64,000 bases of DNA from Octopus sinensis (taxonomy: Eukaryota): the NCBI RefSeq assembly GCF_006345805.1, contig NC_043023.1, positions 9,176,001-9,240,000 on the forward strand, given 5' to 3'. The notes beneath the pieces are model-generated. The model searched no databases and was not told where the DNA came from. It saw nothing but the letters and a program-made list of their open reading frames with translations. This document shows, piece by piece, positions 24,601 through 36,922 of the stretch. The stretch's first letter is position 1. Every line of letters starts with the position of its first letter. The position numbers and the translations under genes are program-made.

Positions 24601-25704
24601 CAGCTGGCACCTGCTCAATGAATTCAGACGTAGTAGGGTCTATAAGTACAGCGATTCACTTGTTAGATCACACAGGAGGACAATTTTGAACATAATTTTC
24701 ATTTGGTTTACACTAAAATTTAGTATACCGATTTTTCAAAACTATAGTTAGCTTTCCTCTCTCATCCAAAATGCTTCTTCTACAGCTTACTCTCTGAATA
24801 AGTACTCTTGTATCTTTATTCATAACATTGGAGAACATTTTAATACTCATGGTTTACACAATTAGTCCCACCTCAATTTAATGTTGTTGGGTTCAGAAAT
24901 GCTCTCAGAAATGTTTTTATCATGTCGAGATTTTCGCTAAAGAGGAATTTTAACAAAGCTTTTCAGTTTTGCAATTAAATGCATACCAAAATAAGAAATT
25001 AATACAAAACAAGAAATTAATACAAAACAAGAAATTAATACAAAACAAATAGTACTTTTGTAGCAGGATATATCTCAAACAATCAACTTTGAAATGTACG
25101 TGAGTATCATCTCAATATTGTGGCTTCTTTACAGAATATCAGGGGACATGTTGAAAGTTCGATAATATTTTATTGAAAATCATTTTAGATTGTTTTATTT
25201 GCGTTTCCATCAGGTTATTCCAAGCACATATAGGATGGAAATTATATAAATATGATATTGCACAACAAATTTCTAAAGAAATTCTGCAACTGGGAATTTG
25301 CCAAAAATTGCAAGAAACTCAAAATGAAAACAAGGTTTGTTTATCAAAAGATAATATCCAAATGGAAGCAAAAATAAGGGGGAAATCTGAGGAAAATAGT
25401 GGGGAATAAATTTATTTTTTTACGAAACAAATTGTTCTTTCTATGAAACTGAAATTAGAAAGTACAAAAAATTAAATCTGTTCAAATGTTTTTGCAAAGA
25501 AAAAACGCATTTTTCTCCAAACCTGAATAATAACGGTTGAAGGGAGAAAACCAAAATTTTGTAAAGGGATGTAATAAGAGTGACTATTCGTTACCAAACA
25601 CCCTGGCCGCATACGCATTTTCTGTTTTTGTTGTTCGTTAATAATATTTTCTTCTTCATAAGCGATCAAAACAAGTTTGGAAATATTATTCTGTATGAAA
25701 AGCA

Positions 25705-26391
25705 TTTATGTCGATGTCTTTTATGAAATGTTGGCAATGTTACGAATGACTAAGAATTGACAACAGAAATATTTTGAAAAGTATTTAAAATATTCGCAAA
25801 GCACAAATAACGAAATACGCTTAGTACATTTGCTTTGACTGTTAATGGCAATAAGCGAAACTTCCCGTCTTTGAGTCACTCTGTAACTTTGACCTCCTAA
25901 TATAAAATAAGACATATTTATGTTTTGTATTAGCGTAGAAATCAATAAATTTCACCTTCTATTGATCTATTTTTTAACTTAATTTAAATCCTCATTTAAG
26001 TATTGCCGTCGCGTGAGATATATTTGCTGCGGAATAATTATTTGCACCGATAAAATATTTTGTCGAAATAAGCGACAAAACTGTCAGAAATTATCAAATG
26101 TCATTTTTTCCTCGTTGGAGCTTTTCTTTTATCAAATAAATCTTCTCAAATGTGTGTAACGTAATATTAACTTCGTGTTTGTCATAAGAACTCAGTTATT
26201 TCATATCAAAACAATTGTTGCTTCCCACTCCAATGTACACTTTTCTATATTTCTCTGTCATCCATCCATGGCCTTCTCGCTGGTGCTGCTAATATGAAAT
26301 TGCGTCTTTACGTTTTTCATTCCACCCTTGTTTTTTTCCATCTTAGTCATTCGTAACATTGCCAACATCTCATAAAAGACATCGACATAAA
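25705..26391. mobile_element. MITE-like element with 51-bp terminal inverted repeats
   Basis: TTTATGTCGATGTCTTTTATGAAATGTTGGCAATGTTACGAATGACTAAGA (25705-55) vs its reverse complement at 26341-91, 1 mismatch. Confidence 0.7.
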
Positions 26392-26529
26392 CCCACAATA
26401 TTTGTGTGTGTTTGTGAAAAGGGAAATGATAAAGGACTCAAATCTGGCAATAAATTTAGTCAGAAGAAAACTCAGAGCTCACTGATTATGCATCCTTAGG
26501 GGATCATAAAGGCACAACGAATGGTAGAA

Positions 26530-27200
26530 TGGTAGAATGTGTTTATAAAACATCATTTTTTCTTGGCTTCATTGAGAAAATTCTATAGTTTGTAACATAT
26601 TTCCACTTTAAAATCGAGCATTTCGGCAATTCTAACCAATCGCTCACCTCCATTTGGGGTGAAAAGATCCGTGCTGTATGAATATGTCCTTTGTTTAAGA
26701 AACAGATTGGGTTTATTTACATTTGCGAAGAAAAAAAAGATACCCTTTCCACACCCCTAAACCTAACCCTAACCCTAACACTAATTCTAAAATAGATTGA
26801 AATGCAATAGATCGACACTAGGGTCATAATTATGGGTGACATTTTCATTTGACACCGCTAGAAAAAAATCCCATTTCCCGTAGAGGTATCGTATGAAATT
26901 GTCACCCATAATTATGACGCTAGTATCGATCTATTGCATTTAAAACTATTTTAGGATTAGGGTTAGGGTTGGGGGTGGGGCAAGGGTATCTTTTTTTCTT
27001 CGCAAATGTAAATAAACCCAATCGGTTTCTTAAACAAGGAACATATTCATACAGCACAGAATCTTTTCACCCAAAATGGAGGTGAGCGATTGGTTAAAAT
27101 TGCCGAAATGCTCGAAATTTCAGACGAAATATCTTACAAACTATAGAATTTTCTCAGTAAAGCCAAGAAAAAAATGATGTTTTATAAACACATTCTGCCA
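26530..27200. mobile_element. foldback element: ~330-bp inverted arms, ~20-bp spacer, internal telomere-like repeats
   Basis: 26530-26861 is the imperfect reverse complement of 26881-27200; CCTAACCCTAACCCTAA ~26763-78 and TTAGGGTTAGGG ~26957-68. Confidence 0.85.
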
Positions 27201-27328
27201 GTATACGAAGTTTAAAAGTGTTTAGTTAACTAAAAATTGTGTTGACATGTGCCGATCAAAAGGAAAAGATCCCCAAAAAGAAGCACAAATCAAATCAGAA
27301 TGAAAGCGAAACCTTACAAGATGCTACC

Positions 27329-30300
27329 GAGGACAACATATACTTGATACTAGCAAACAGCATGCAACGAGAGGGAGCAAGCATGAATAATTTAAGGAAA
27401 TTTAAGGACAACATATCTTGATGAAACAGCAAACAGCATACAACGAGAGGGAGCAAACGGATAATTAAGGAAATTTAAGGACAACGTATACTTGATACTA
27501 GCAAACAGCATACAACGAGAGGGAGCAAAATGAATAATTTAAGGAAATTTAAGGACAACGTATACTTGAGAATAGTAAACATCATACAACGATAGGGAGC
27601 AAACATGAATACTTTAAGGACAACGTATACTTGATACTAGCAAACAGCATACAACGAGAGGGGGCAAACATGAATTATTTAAGGAAAATTTAAGGACAAC
27701 ATATATTTGAAACTAGCAAACAGCATACAACGAGAGGGAGCAAACATGAATATTTTAAGGAAAATTTAAGGACAACATATACTTGATACTAGCAAACAGC
27801 ATACAACGAGAGGGAGCAACATGAATAATTTAAGGAAATTTAAGGACAACGTATACTTGATACTAGCAAACAGCATACAAACGGAGGGAGCAACATGAAT
27901 AATTTAACGAAAATTTAAGGACAACGTATACTTGATACTAGCAAACAGCATACAACGAGAGGGAGCAAACATGAATAATTTAAGGAAAATTTAAGGACAA
28001 CGTATACTTGATACTAGCAAACAGCATACAACGAGAGGGAGCAAACATGAATAATTTAAGGAAAATTTAAGGACAACGTATACTTGATACTAGCAAACAG
28101 CATACAACGAGAGGGAGCAAACATGAATAATTTAAGGAAATTTAAGGACAACGTATACTTGATACTAGCAAACAGCATACAACGAGAGGGAGCAACATGA
28201 ATAATTTAAGGAAAATTTAAGGACAACGTATACTTGATACTAGCAAACAGCATACAACGAGAGGGAGCAAACATGAATAATTTAAGGAAATTTAAGGACA
28301 ACGTATACTTGATACTAGCAAACAGCATACAACGAGAGGGAGCAAACATGAATAATTTAAGGAAAATTTAAGGACAACGTATACTTGATACTAGCAAACA
28401 GCATACAACGAGAGGGAGCAAACATGAATAATTTAAGGAAAATTTAAGGACAACGTATACTTGATACTAGCAAACAGCATACAACGAGAGGGAGCAAACA
28501 TGAATAATTTAAGGAAAATTTAAGGACAACGTATACTTGATACTAGCAAACAGCATACAACGAGAGGGAGCAAGCATGAATAATTTAAGGAAAATTTAAG
28601 GACAACGTATACTTGATACTAGCAAACAGCATACAACGAGAGGGAGCAAACATGAATAATTTAAGGAAAATTTAAGGACAACGTATACTTGATACTAGCA
28701 AACAGCATACAACGAGAGGGAGCAAACATGAATAATTAAGGAAAATTTAAGGACAACGTATACTTGATACTAGCAAACAGCATACAACGAGAGGGAGCAA
28801 ACATGAATAATTAAGGAAATTTAAGGACAACGTATACTTGATACTAGCAAACAGCATACACGAGAGGGAGCAAACATGAATAATTAAAGGAAAATTTAAA
28901 CAACGTATACTTGATACAAGCAAACAGCATACAACGAGAGGGAGCAAACATGAATAATTAAGGAGAATTTAAGGACAACGTATACTTGATACTAGCAAAC
29001 AGCATACAACGAGAGGGAGCAAACATGAATAATTAAAGGAGAATTTAAGGACAGCGTATACTTGATACTAGCAAACAGCATACAACGAGAGGGAGCAAAC
29101 ATGAATAATTAAAAGAGAATTTAAGGACAACGTATAGTTGATACTAGCAAACAGCATGCAACGAGAGGGAGAAACATGAATAATTTAAGGAAAATTTAAG
29201 GACAACGTATACTTGATACAAGCAAACAATATACAACCAGAGGGAGAAAACATGAATAATTAAAGGAGAATTTAAGGACAACGTATACTTGATACTAGCA
29301 AACAGCATGCAACGAGAGGGAGAAAACATGAATAATTTAAGGAAAATTTAAGGACAACGTATACTTGATACAAGCAAACAGCATACAACCAGAGGGAGAA
29401 AATATGAATAATTAAAGGAGAATTTAAGGACATCGTATACTTGATACTAGCAAACAGCATGCAATGAGAGGGAGCAAACATGAATAATTAAAGGAGAATT
29501 TAAGGACAACGTATACTTGATACTAGCAAACAGCATACAACGAGAGGGAGAAAACATGAATAATTTAAGGAAAATTTAAGGACAACGTATACTTGATACT
29601 AGCAAACAGCATACAACGAGAGGGAGCAAACATGAATAATTAAAGGAAAATTTAAGGACAACGTATACTTGATACTAGCAAACAGCATACAACGAGAGGG
29701 AGCAAACATGAATAATTCAAGGAAAATTTGAGGACAACGTATACTTGATACTAGCAAACAGCATACAACGAGAGGGAGCAAACATGAATAATTTAAGGAA
29801 AATTTAAGGACAACGTATACTTGATACTAGCAAACAGCATACAACGAGAGGGAGCAAACATGAATAATTTAAGGAAAATTTAAGGACAACGTATACTTGA
29901 TACTAGCAAACAGCATACAACGAGAGGGAGCAAACATGAATAATTTAAGGAAATTTAAGGACAACGTATACTTGATACTAGCAAACAGCATACAACGAGA
30001 GGGAGCAAACATGAATAATTAAGGAAAATTTAAGGACAACGTATACTTGATACTAGCAAACAGCATACAACGAGAGGGAGCAAACATGAATAATTAAAAG
30101 AAAATTTAAGGACAACGTATACTTGATACTAGCAAACAGCATACAACGAGAGGGAGAAAACATGAATAATTTAAGGAAATTTAAGGACAACGTATACTTG
30201 ATACTAGCAAACAGCATACAACGAGAGGGAGAAAACATGAATAATTAAAGGAAAATTTAAGGACAACGTATACTTGATACTAGCAAACAGCATACAACGA

Positions 30301-31088
30301 GAGGGAGCAAACATGAATAATTTAAGGAAAATTTAAGGACAACGTATACTTGATACTAGCAAACAGCATACAACGAGAGGGAGCAAACATGAATAATTTA
30401 AGGAAAATTTAAGGACAACGTATACTTGATACTAGCAAACAGCATACAACGAGAGGGAGCAAACATGAATAATTAAAGGAAATTTAAGGACAACGTATAC
30501 TTGATACTAGCAAACAGCATACAACGAGAGGGAGCAAACATGAATAATTTAAGGAAAATTTAAGGACAACGTATACTTGATACTAGCAAACAGCATACAA
30601 CGAGAGGGAGCAAACATGAATAATTTAAGGAAAATTTAAGGACAACGTATACTTGATACTAGCAAACAGCATACAACGAGAGGGAGCAAACAGGAATAAT
30701 TTAAGGAAAATTTAAGGACAACGTATACTTGATACTAGCAAACAGCATACAACGAGAGGGAGCAAACATGAATAATTTAAGGAAAATTTAAGGACAACGT
30801 ATACTTGATACTAGCAAACAGCATACAACGAGAGGCAGCAAACATGAATAATTTAAGGAAAATTTAAGGACAACGTATACTTGATACTAGCAAACAGCAT
30901 ACAACGAGAGGGAGCAAACATGAATAATTTAAGGAAAATTTAAGGACAACGTATACTTGATACTAGCAAACAGCATACAACGAGAGGGAGCAAACATGAA
31001 TAATTTAAGGAAAATTTAAGGACAACGTTCACTTGATACTAGCAAACAGCATACAACGAGAGGGAGCAAACATGAATAATTTAAGGAA
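27329..31088 (+). repeat. 76-bp tandem satellite, ~49 units
   Basis: Unit AAGGACAACGTATACTTGATACTAGCAAACAGCATACAACGAGAGGGAGCAAACATGAATAATTTAAGGAAAATTT; period measured 27961->28037 = 76. Confidence 0.95.
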
Positions 31089-31269
31089 TATTTTTGGACG
31101 ATAAATACTTTTATGAAACATTTTTAATATTCTTTTTCTTTGCGTGTTTTACTAGTTTAAGCTAGGAAGTGTTTGTTTAAAATACCATTTGGAGGTACGA
31201 GTATAAACGCATATACACACGCAGGTACACACACACATATACACACATACACATACATGCATACACTCT

Positions 31270-31607
31270 CTCTTTTACTTTTTTCAGTCATTTGACTGCG
31301 GCCATACTGGTGCACCGCCTTAAATCGAGCAACACGACCCAATACTTATTTGCCGAACCGCTAAGTAACGGGGACATAAACACACCAGCATCGGTTGTCA
31401 AGCAATTCTACGGGGACAAACAAAGACACACAAACACACACATGCACATATATATATACATATATACGACGGGCTTCTTTTCAGTTTCCAAGGCTTTGGT
31501 CAGCCCGAGGCTATAGTAGAAGATACTTGCCCAAGGTGCCACACAGTGGGACTGAACCCGGAACCTTATGGTTCATAAGCAAGCTACTTACCACACAGCC
31601 ACTCCTG
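31270..31607 (-). mobile_element. SINE type C (duplicate at ~51480-51810)
   Basis: Homology to 1353-1760. Confidence 0.75.
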
Positions 31608-32840
31608 AAATAATATATAAATATATATGCATACATACAAGTATATACATACATACATATATTTGTATATACATGCGTATATTGGCACAGGACACCACGA
31701 AACGTAAAGAAAGTAAAATAAATATAAAATACGAAAATTCAGTCATAATCGAGTTAATATTTCTTTTCTAAACAGTTTTATTTTTGGATGGGATTCTGTG
31801 TTTCCTTTTCCATTTATGCAAACTATGAAAGTAAGTCCGAACACTCTGTATATGGCAGTAAGATTAGAACCAGGGAAATTCCTCACCACCATTAACAACA
31901 CCTACAACAACAACAGCAGCAACAAGGCTCAGTGGGAATCATTAGCAAACTTATCATTTACATAATGAAACGAGCTGAGAAGGAGTGTGTCTATAGAAGA
32001 TATTATGATATTAAATGAATTAATCAGGCCAACAGGTTGACATTAGAAGCTAGAAATGTTGAATGTATTCTAATAACAATAACGGTGATGGGATTATCAC
32101 AGTAATTAATAAATAATTTCCATTGATCGAACAGAGCAACAAATAAAACTGTAGAACAAGCAAAAAAGAATAAAAAAACAAAATAGCGTGTTACGATATG
32201 TGTACGTGCTTGAGTGTGTGTGTATGCATACATAGGGTAAGAAAGCGCTAAACAATGTGTATAATTACCAGCTTGTTACCAGTTCAAATATGCTTGAGGC
32301 CTACTCGAATCCGTAAAAAAGCCGTTCACAGTATATTGTTGTATTGGGGGGAAATTTTCGCTGTAAATACATAGGTGTAAACACACCATGGCCTAATGGT
32401 TAGGGTGTTACACTCAGTAAAACAACACATTTCATGAGTTGTTCTGTAATCATTTCGACATCTGGCGTGTGGCACACTTCTGGACATGTACAAGCAATGT
32501 CGATTTCATGGCAAGGAGAAAACCTACGAGCACAATAACTCCACACCCCCACCAAATATATATATATATATTCTTCTTCGTCTTCTTCTTCTTCCCTACC
32601 AAGAATTCACATGAACCTTAAACCCACAAGAGTAAACAAGAGAGACAGAGAAAGGCAGAAACAAGAAAAATGCCACTTATATTTGAACACTATACAAATA
32701 TTGTTTTAAAAATACTTTTCTTTTAATTTTTCTAAATTTAATTATTTAATTGTTACAGTTGAAAAGGTCTCAAATGACCGAAACCGATACTGAAATGTTC
32801 TTTAGAAAATTATTTCAGCATTTTCTATCTTGACTTGTAT

Positions 32841-32930
<90 letters not shown>

Positions 32931-33406
32931 GTCATCTTTTATTTTTTACAAGTTTCAGCCATGCTGGGCACCACTTTGGAGAATTTTAATCAAGTTTATC
33001 GAATCCAGTATTTGTTATTTTATTTGTTAAGCCTGGTGTCATTGTATCGGTCTCTTATCCCCAACCACAATTTTACGGAGGTGTAAACACACCGACACCG
33101 GTTGTCAAGCTGTGGTGAGGGGTCAAGCACTTAACACACATACACACATATATGATGGGTTCCTTTCAGATTCCGTCCATCAAATCCATTCACGCTTTAA
33201 GTATATATATATATATATATATATATAATAATAATATTAAGGAGTAAATCCAAACTTACAGGGAAAAATTAGATTTAGGATTAAATCTAATTTTATAGTA
33301 TAAATATATATATATTAAATTAGAGATAAAACCACTATTACGCAAATCAACAGTGAAAATCATAAACCAATATATAAAAATAAAATTAATTAATATAATA
33401 TACAAA

Positions 33407-33532
<126 letters not shown>

Positions 33533-33759
33533 ATATATTATAAACTTTTGTATAGGTTTTTACCGATAATGTTTTTTTTTCCATACCGAACTACTTGGTA
33601 AAAGTTATTAATTACTAAATTAGTAATTCTTTACCCTGTATGTATGTATGTATGTATGTATGTATGTATGTATGTATGTATGTATGTATGTATGTATATC
33701 TATCTATCTATATATGCATATATAAACACAAACGCATAAATACATATATATATATATAT

Positions 33760-33920
33760 ATAGTTGAAATTTACAGAAAAACAAAAGACGAAGACACATG
33801 TATAAGCAACAAACAGGTGTAATAGTTTAACGGTGAGGAAGGAGAGAAATTCTTTTACGTTTCGAGACTACGATCTTCAGAGAAAGGAACACGAGGAAAT
33901 AAACAGAATAAAAAGACTTT
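33760..33920 (-). mobile_element. Penelope-type terminal-repeat fragment with degenerate hammerhead-like motif (duplicate ~53890-54060)
   Basis: Minus strand CTTTCTCTGAAGATCGTAGTCTCGAAACGTAAAAGA at 33851-33887. Confidence 0.4.
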
Positions 33921-33937
33921 TGGAGCTAGCGATCAAT

Positions 33938-34013
33938 CATGTATGTATGTATGTATGTATGTATGTATGTATGTATGTATGTATGCAAGTGTGTATGTAT
34001 GTATGTATGTGTA

Positions 34014-34049
<36 letters not shown>

Positions 34050-34085
34050 TGTATGTATGCATGTGTGTATGTATGTATGTATGTG

Positions 34086-34121
<36 letters not shown>

Positions 34122-34920
34122 TGTATGTATGTATGCACGTATGTATGTATGTATGTATGTATGTATGTATGTGTGTGTATGTATGTATGTATGTGTGTGT
34201 ATTTCTGTATGCATGCATGTATGCATGTATGTATGTACGTAAGTATGCACGTATGTTTGTATGTATGTAAGTATGCATGTATGTATGTATGTATGTATGT
34301 ATGTATGTATGTATGTATGTATGTATGTATGTGTGTGTATGCATGCATGCATGTATGTATGTATGTATGTATGTGTGTATGTATGTGTGTATGTATGCAC
34401 GTATGTATGTATGTCTGTCTGTATGTATGTATGTATGTATGTATGTATGCACGTGTGTATGTATGTATGTATGTATGTGTGTATGTATGTGTGTATGTAT
34501 GCACGTATGTATGTATGTATGCATGTATGCACGTATGTATGTATGTATGTGTGTATGTATGCACGTATGTATGTATGTCTGTATTTATGTATGTATGCAT
34601 GTATGTATGCATGTATGTATGTATGTATGTATGCATGTATGCATGCATGTATGTTTGGATGTATGTATGTATATATGTATGTATGTATGTATGTATGCAT
34701 GCATGTATGTATGCATGTATGTATGTATGTATGTATGTGTGTATGTATGTGTGTATGTATGTCTGTATTTATGTATGTATGCATGTATGTATGTATGTAT
34801 GCATGTATGCATGCATGTATGTTTGGATGTATGTATGTATATATGTATGGATGTATGTATGCATGCATGTATGTATGTATGCATGTATGTTTGTATGTGT
34901 ATGTATATATGTATGTATGT
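33938..34920. repeat. ~1-kb degenerate (TATG)n microsatellite
   Basis: Directly visible; source of the YVCM/HTYI ORFs. Confidence 0.97.
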
Positions 34921-34924
34921 ATTC

Positions 34925-35524
34925 CTTTACTCTTTTACTTGTTTCAGCCATTTGACTGAGGCCAAGCTGGAGCACCGCCTTTAGTCAAGCAAATCGACCC
35001 CAGGACTTATTCTATCGGATTTCTTGCCGAACCGCTTAGTGACGGGGACGTAAACACACCAGCATCGGCTGTCAAGCGATGTTGGGTGGGGGCCAAACAC
35101 AGACACACAAACACATACATATATATATTTATATACGTCAGGCTTCTTTCAGTTTCCCTCAAGCAAATCCACTCACAAGTCTTTGGTCAGCTATAGAAGA
35201 AACACTTGCCCAAGGTACCACGAAGTGGGACTGAAATCGGGACCTTGTGGTTGTTAAGCAAGCTTCTTACCACACAGCCACTCCAGCGCCTATGTATAGA
35301 GTTGGTTAAAATGTTTACTCTTTTACTTGTTTCAGTCATTTGACTGTGGCCATGCTGGAGCACCGCCTTTAGTCGAGCAAATCGACCCCGGGCCTTATTC
35401 TTTGTAAGCCCAGTACTTATTCTATCGTTCTCTTTTGCCGAACCGCTAAGTAACGGGGACATAAACACACCAGCATCTTTTGTCAAGCAATGCTAGGGGG
35501 ACAAACACAGACACACAAACATAT

Positions 35525-35559
<35 letters not shown>

Positions 35560-35700
35560 CATATATACGATGGGCTTCTTTCAGTTTCCGTCTACCAAAT
35601 CCACTCACAAGGCATTGGTCGGCCCGAGGCTATAGAAGAAGACATTTGCCCAAGGTGCCACGCAGTGGGACTGAACCATGTGGTTGGTAAGCAAGCTAAT
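34925..35700 (-). mobile_element. two tandem SINE type C copies (34925-35292, 35315-35700); duplicated at ~54917-55695
   Basis: Homology to 1353-1760. Confidence 0.75.
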
Positions 35701-36169
35701 TACCGAGAGAGACAGATAAATAGACACCCATGCAGGCATATACACAACGACTCTTTTTGTTTTTCTGGGAGTCCCTTTTTAAAGTAGAAGAAATAGCTAA
35801 CGTTTTTTGGCTGCTATTTCTAAACTTCGGTATGTGGTGAAGCAAATCTTTGCTGAACCCTAATTATTTAGTATTACTTAAGTTTACCATGAAATGGTCC
35901 TTTTTTCATGCCGAATTCTACTTGGTGAAATTATTGATTACTTCTTAATTAATTAATTTTACCCTTTGTTATTATTGATATTTAGATATATAGACAGAGA
36001 CATACATAAAAAGATAAATACATACGTACACACGCAACATACATACACACATATACATGCATACTTACATACGTGGATACATAGATACATATAGGTACAT
36101 ACGTACATATACACATACATTTATTGAAAAAAAGATGTACAGTCAGATATAAAAGCGACAGACAGACAG

Positions 36170-36376
36170 AGATGGAAGTTAAATAGATACTTACAAACAG
36201 ACAGACAGAGATAGACAGATAGATTGATACATACATACATACATACATACATACATACTTACATACATACATACATACATACATACACACATACATACAT
36301 ACTTATATAGTTAGACACATAAATATACTATTAGACAGACACATAACTGCATAGATAGATAGATAGACAGACAGAC

Positions 36377-36431
<55 letters not shown>

Positions 36432-36488
36432 CAGATAGATAAATAGATAGACAGACAGACAGACAGGCAGATAGATAGATAGATAGAT
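36170..36488. repeat. (GACA/CATA/GATA)n array at 3' flank of Tx1 copy 3
   Basis: Directly visible. Confidence 0.9.
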
Positions 36489-36922
36489 AAGTTTCTTTAT
36501 TGGCCACATAGGGCTGCACACAGATGGGACAAGTTACAAGGTAGAGCTTTTCTTTTGGGGGATGAAAAAAACAAAAAACAAAAGAAACTAAAAAAAGGGT
36601 CGGCGTAGGTTTTCGATCAAGAGGGATCGTAAAAGGGAAGAAAAGAACAAAAAAAAAAAATAAAGAAAAGGAAAAGGAACAAAAGAAAAGAGAAATGAAA
36701 AAAGAAGAAAAAAGCGGAAAAAAGGGGAAGAGGAAAAAAACGAACGATCAATAGGGATCGTGTATCTCAGTGTTATGATATATGGTGTAAAGGGGAAAGC
36801 AAGTAAGGTTTATCCGTGGGAAGAAAAGCCTACGAAAAAGACCACGGTAACCTTGGTCAATATTGTTATATGTTACCACATTTGTTTGCAAGTGGGTATC
36901 CGTTTGTTTTCAATTTCTGGGT

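Noticed and set aside
27329-31088. CRISPR-like array
   Set aside because: The units are contiguous near-identical 76-mers with no unique spacers, and the context is eukaryotic with no cas genes.
33926-34984. Long ORFs (up to 338 aa) of YVCM/HTYI repeats; likewise 54049-54978, and IYIY/LSIY ORFs at 6883-7472, 11587-12066, 14846-15361, 41085-41786 and 60950-61771
   Set aside because: Translations of (TATG)n, (TA)n and (TATC)n microsatellites that happen to lack stops; not genes.
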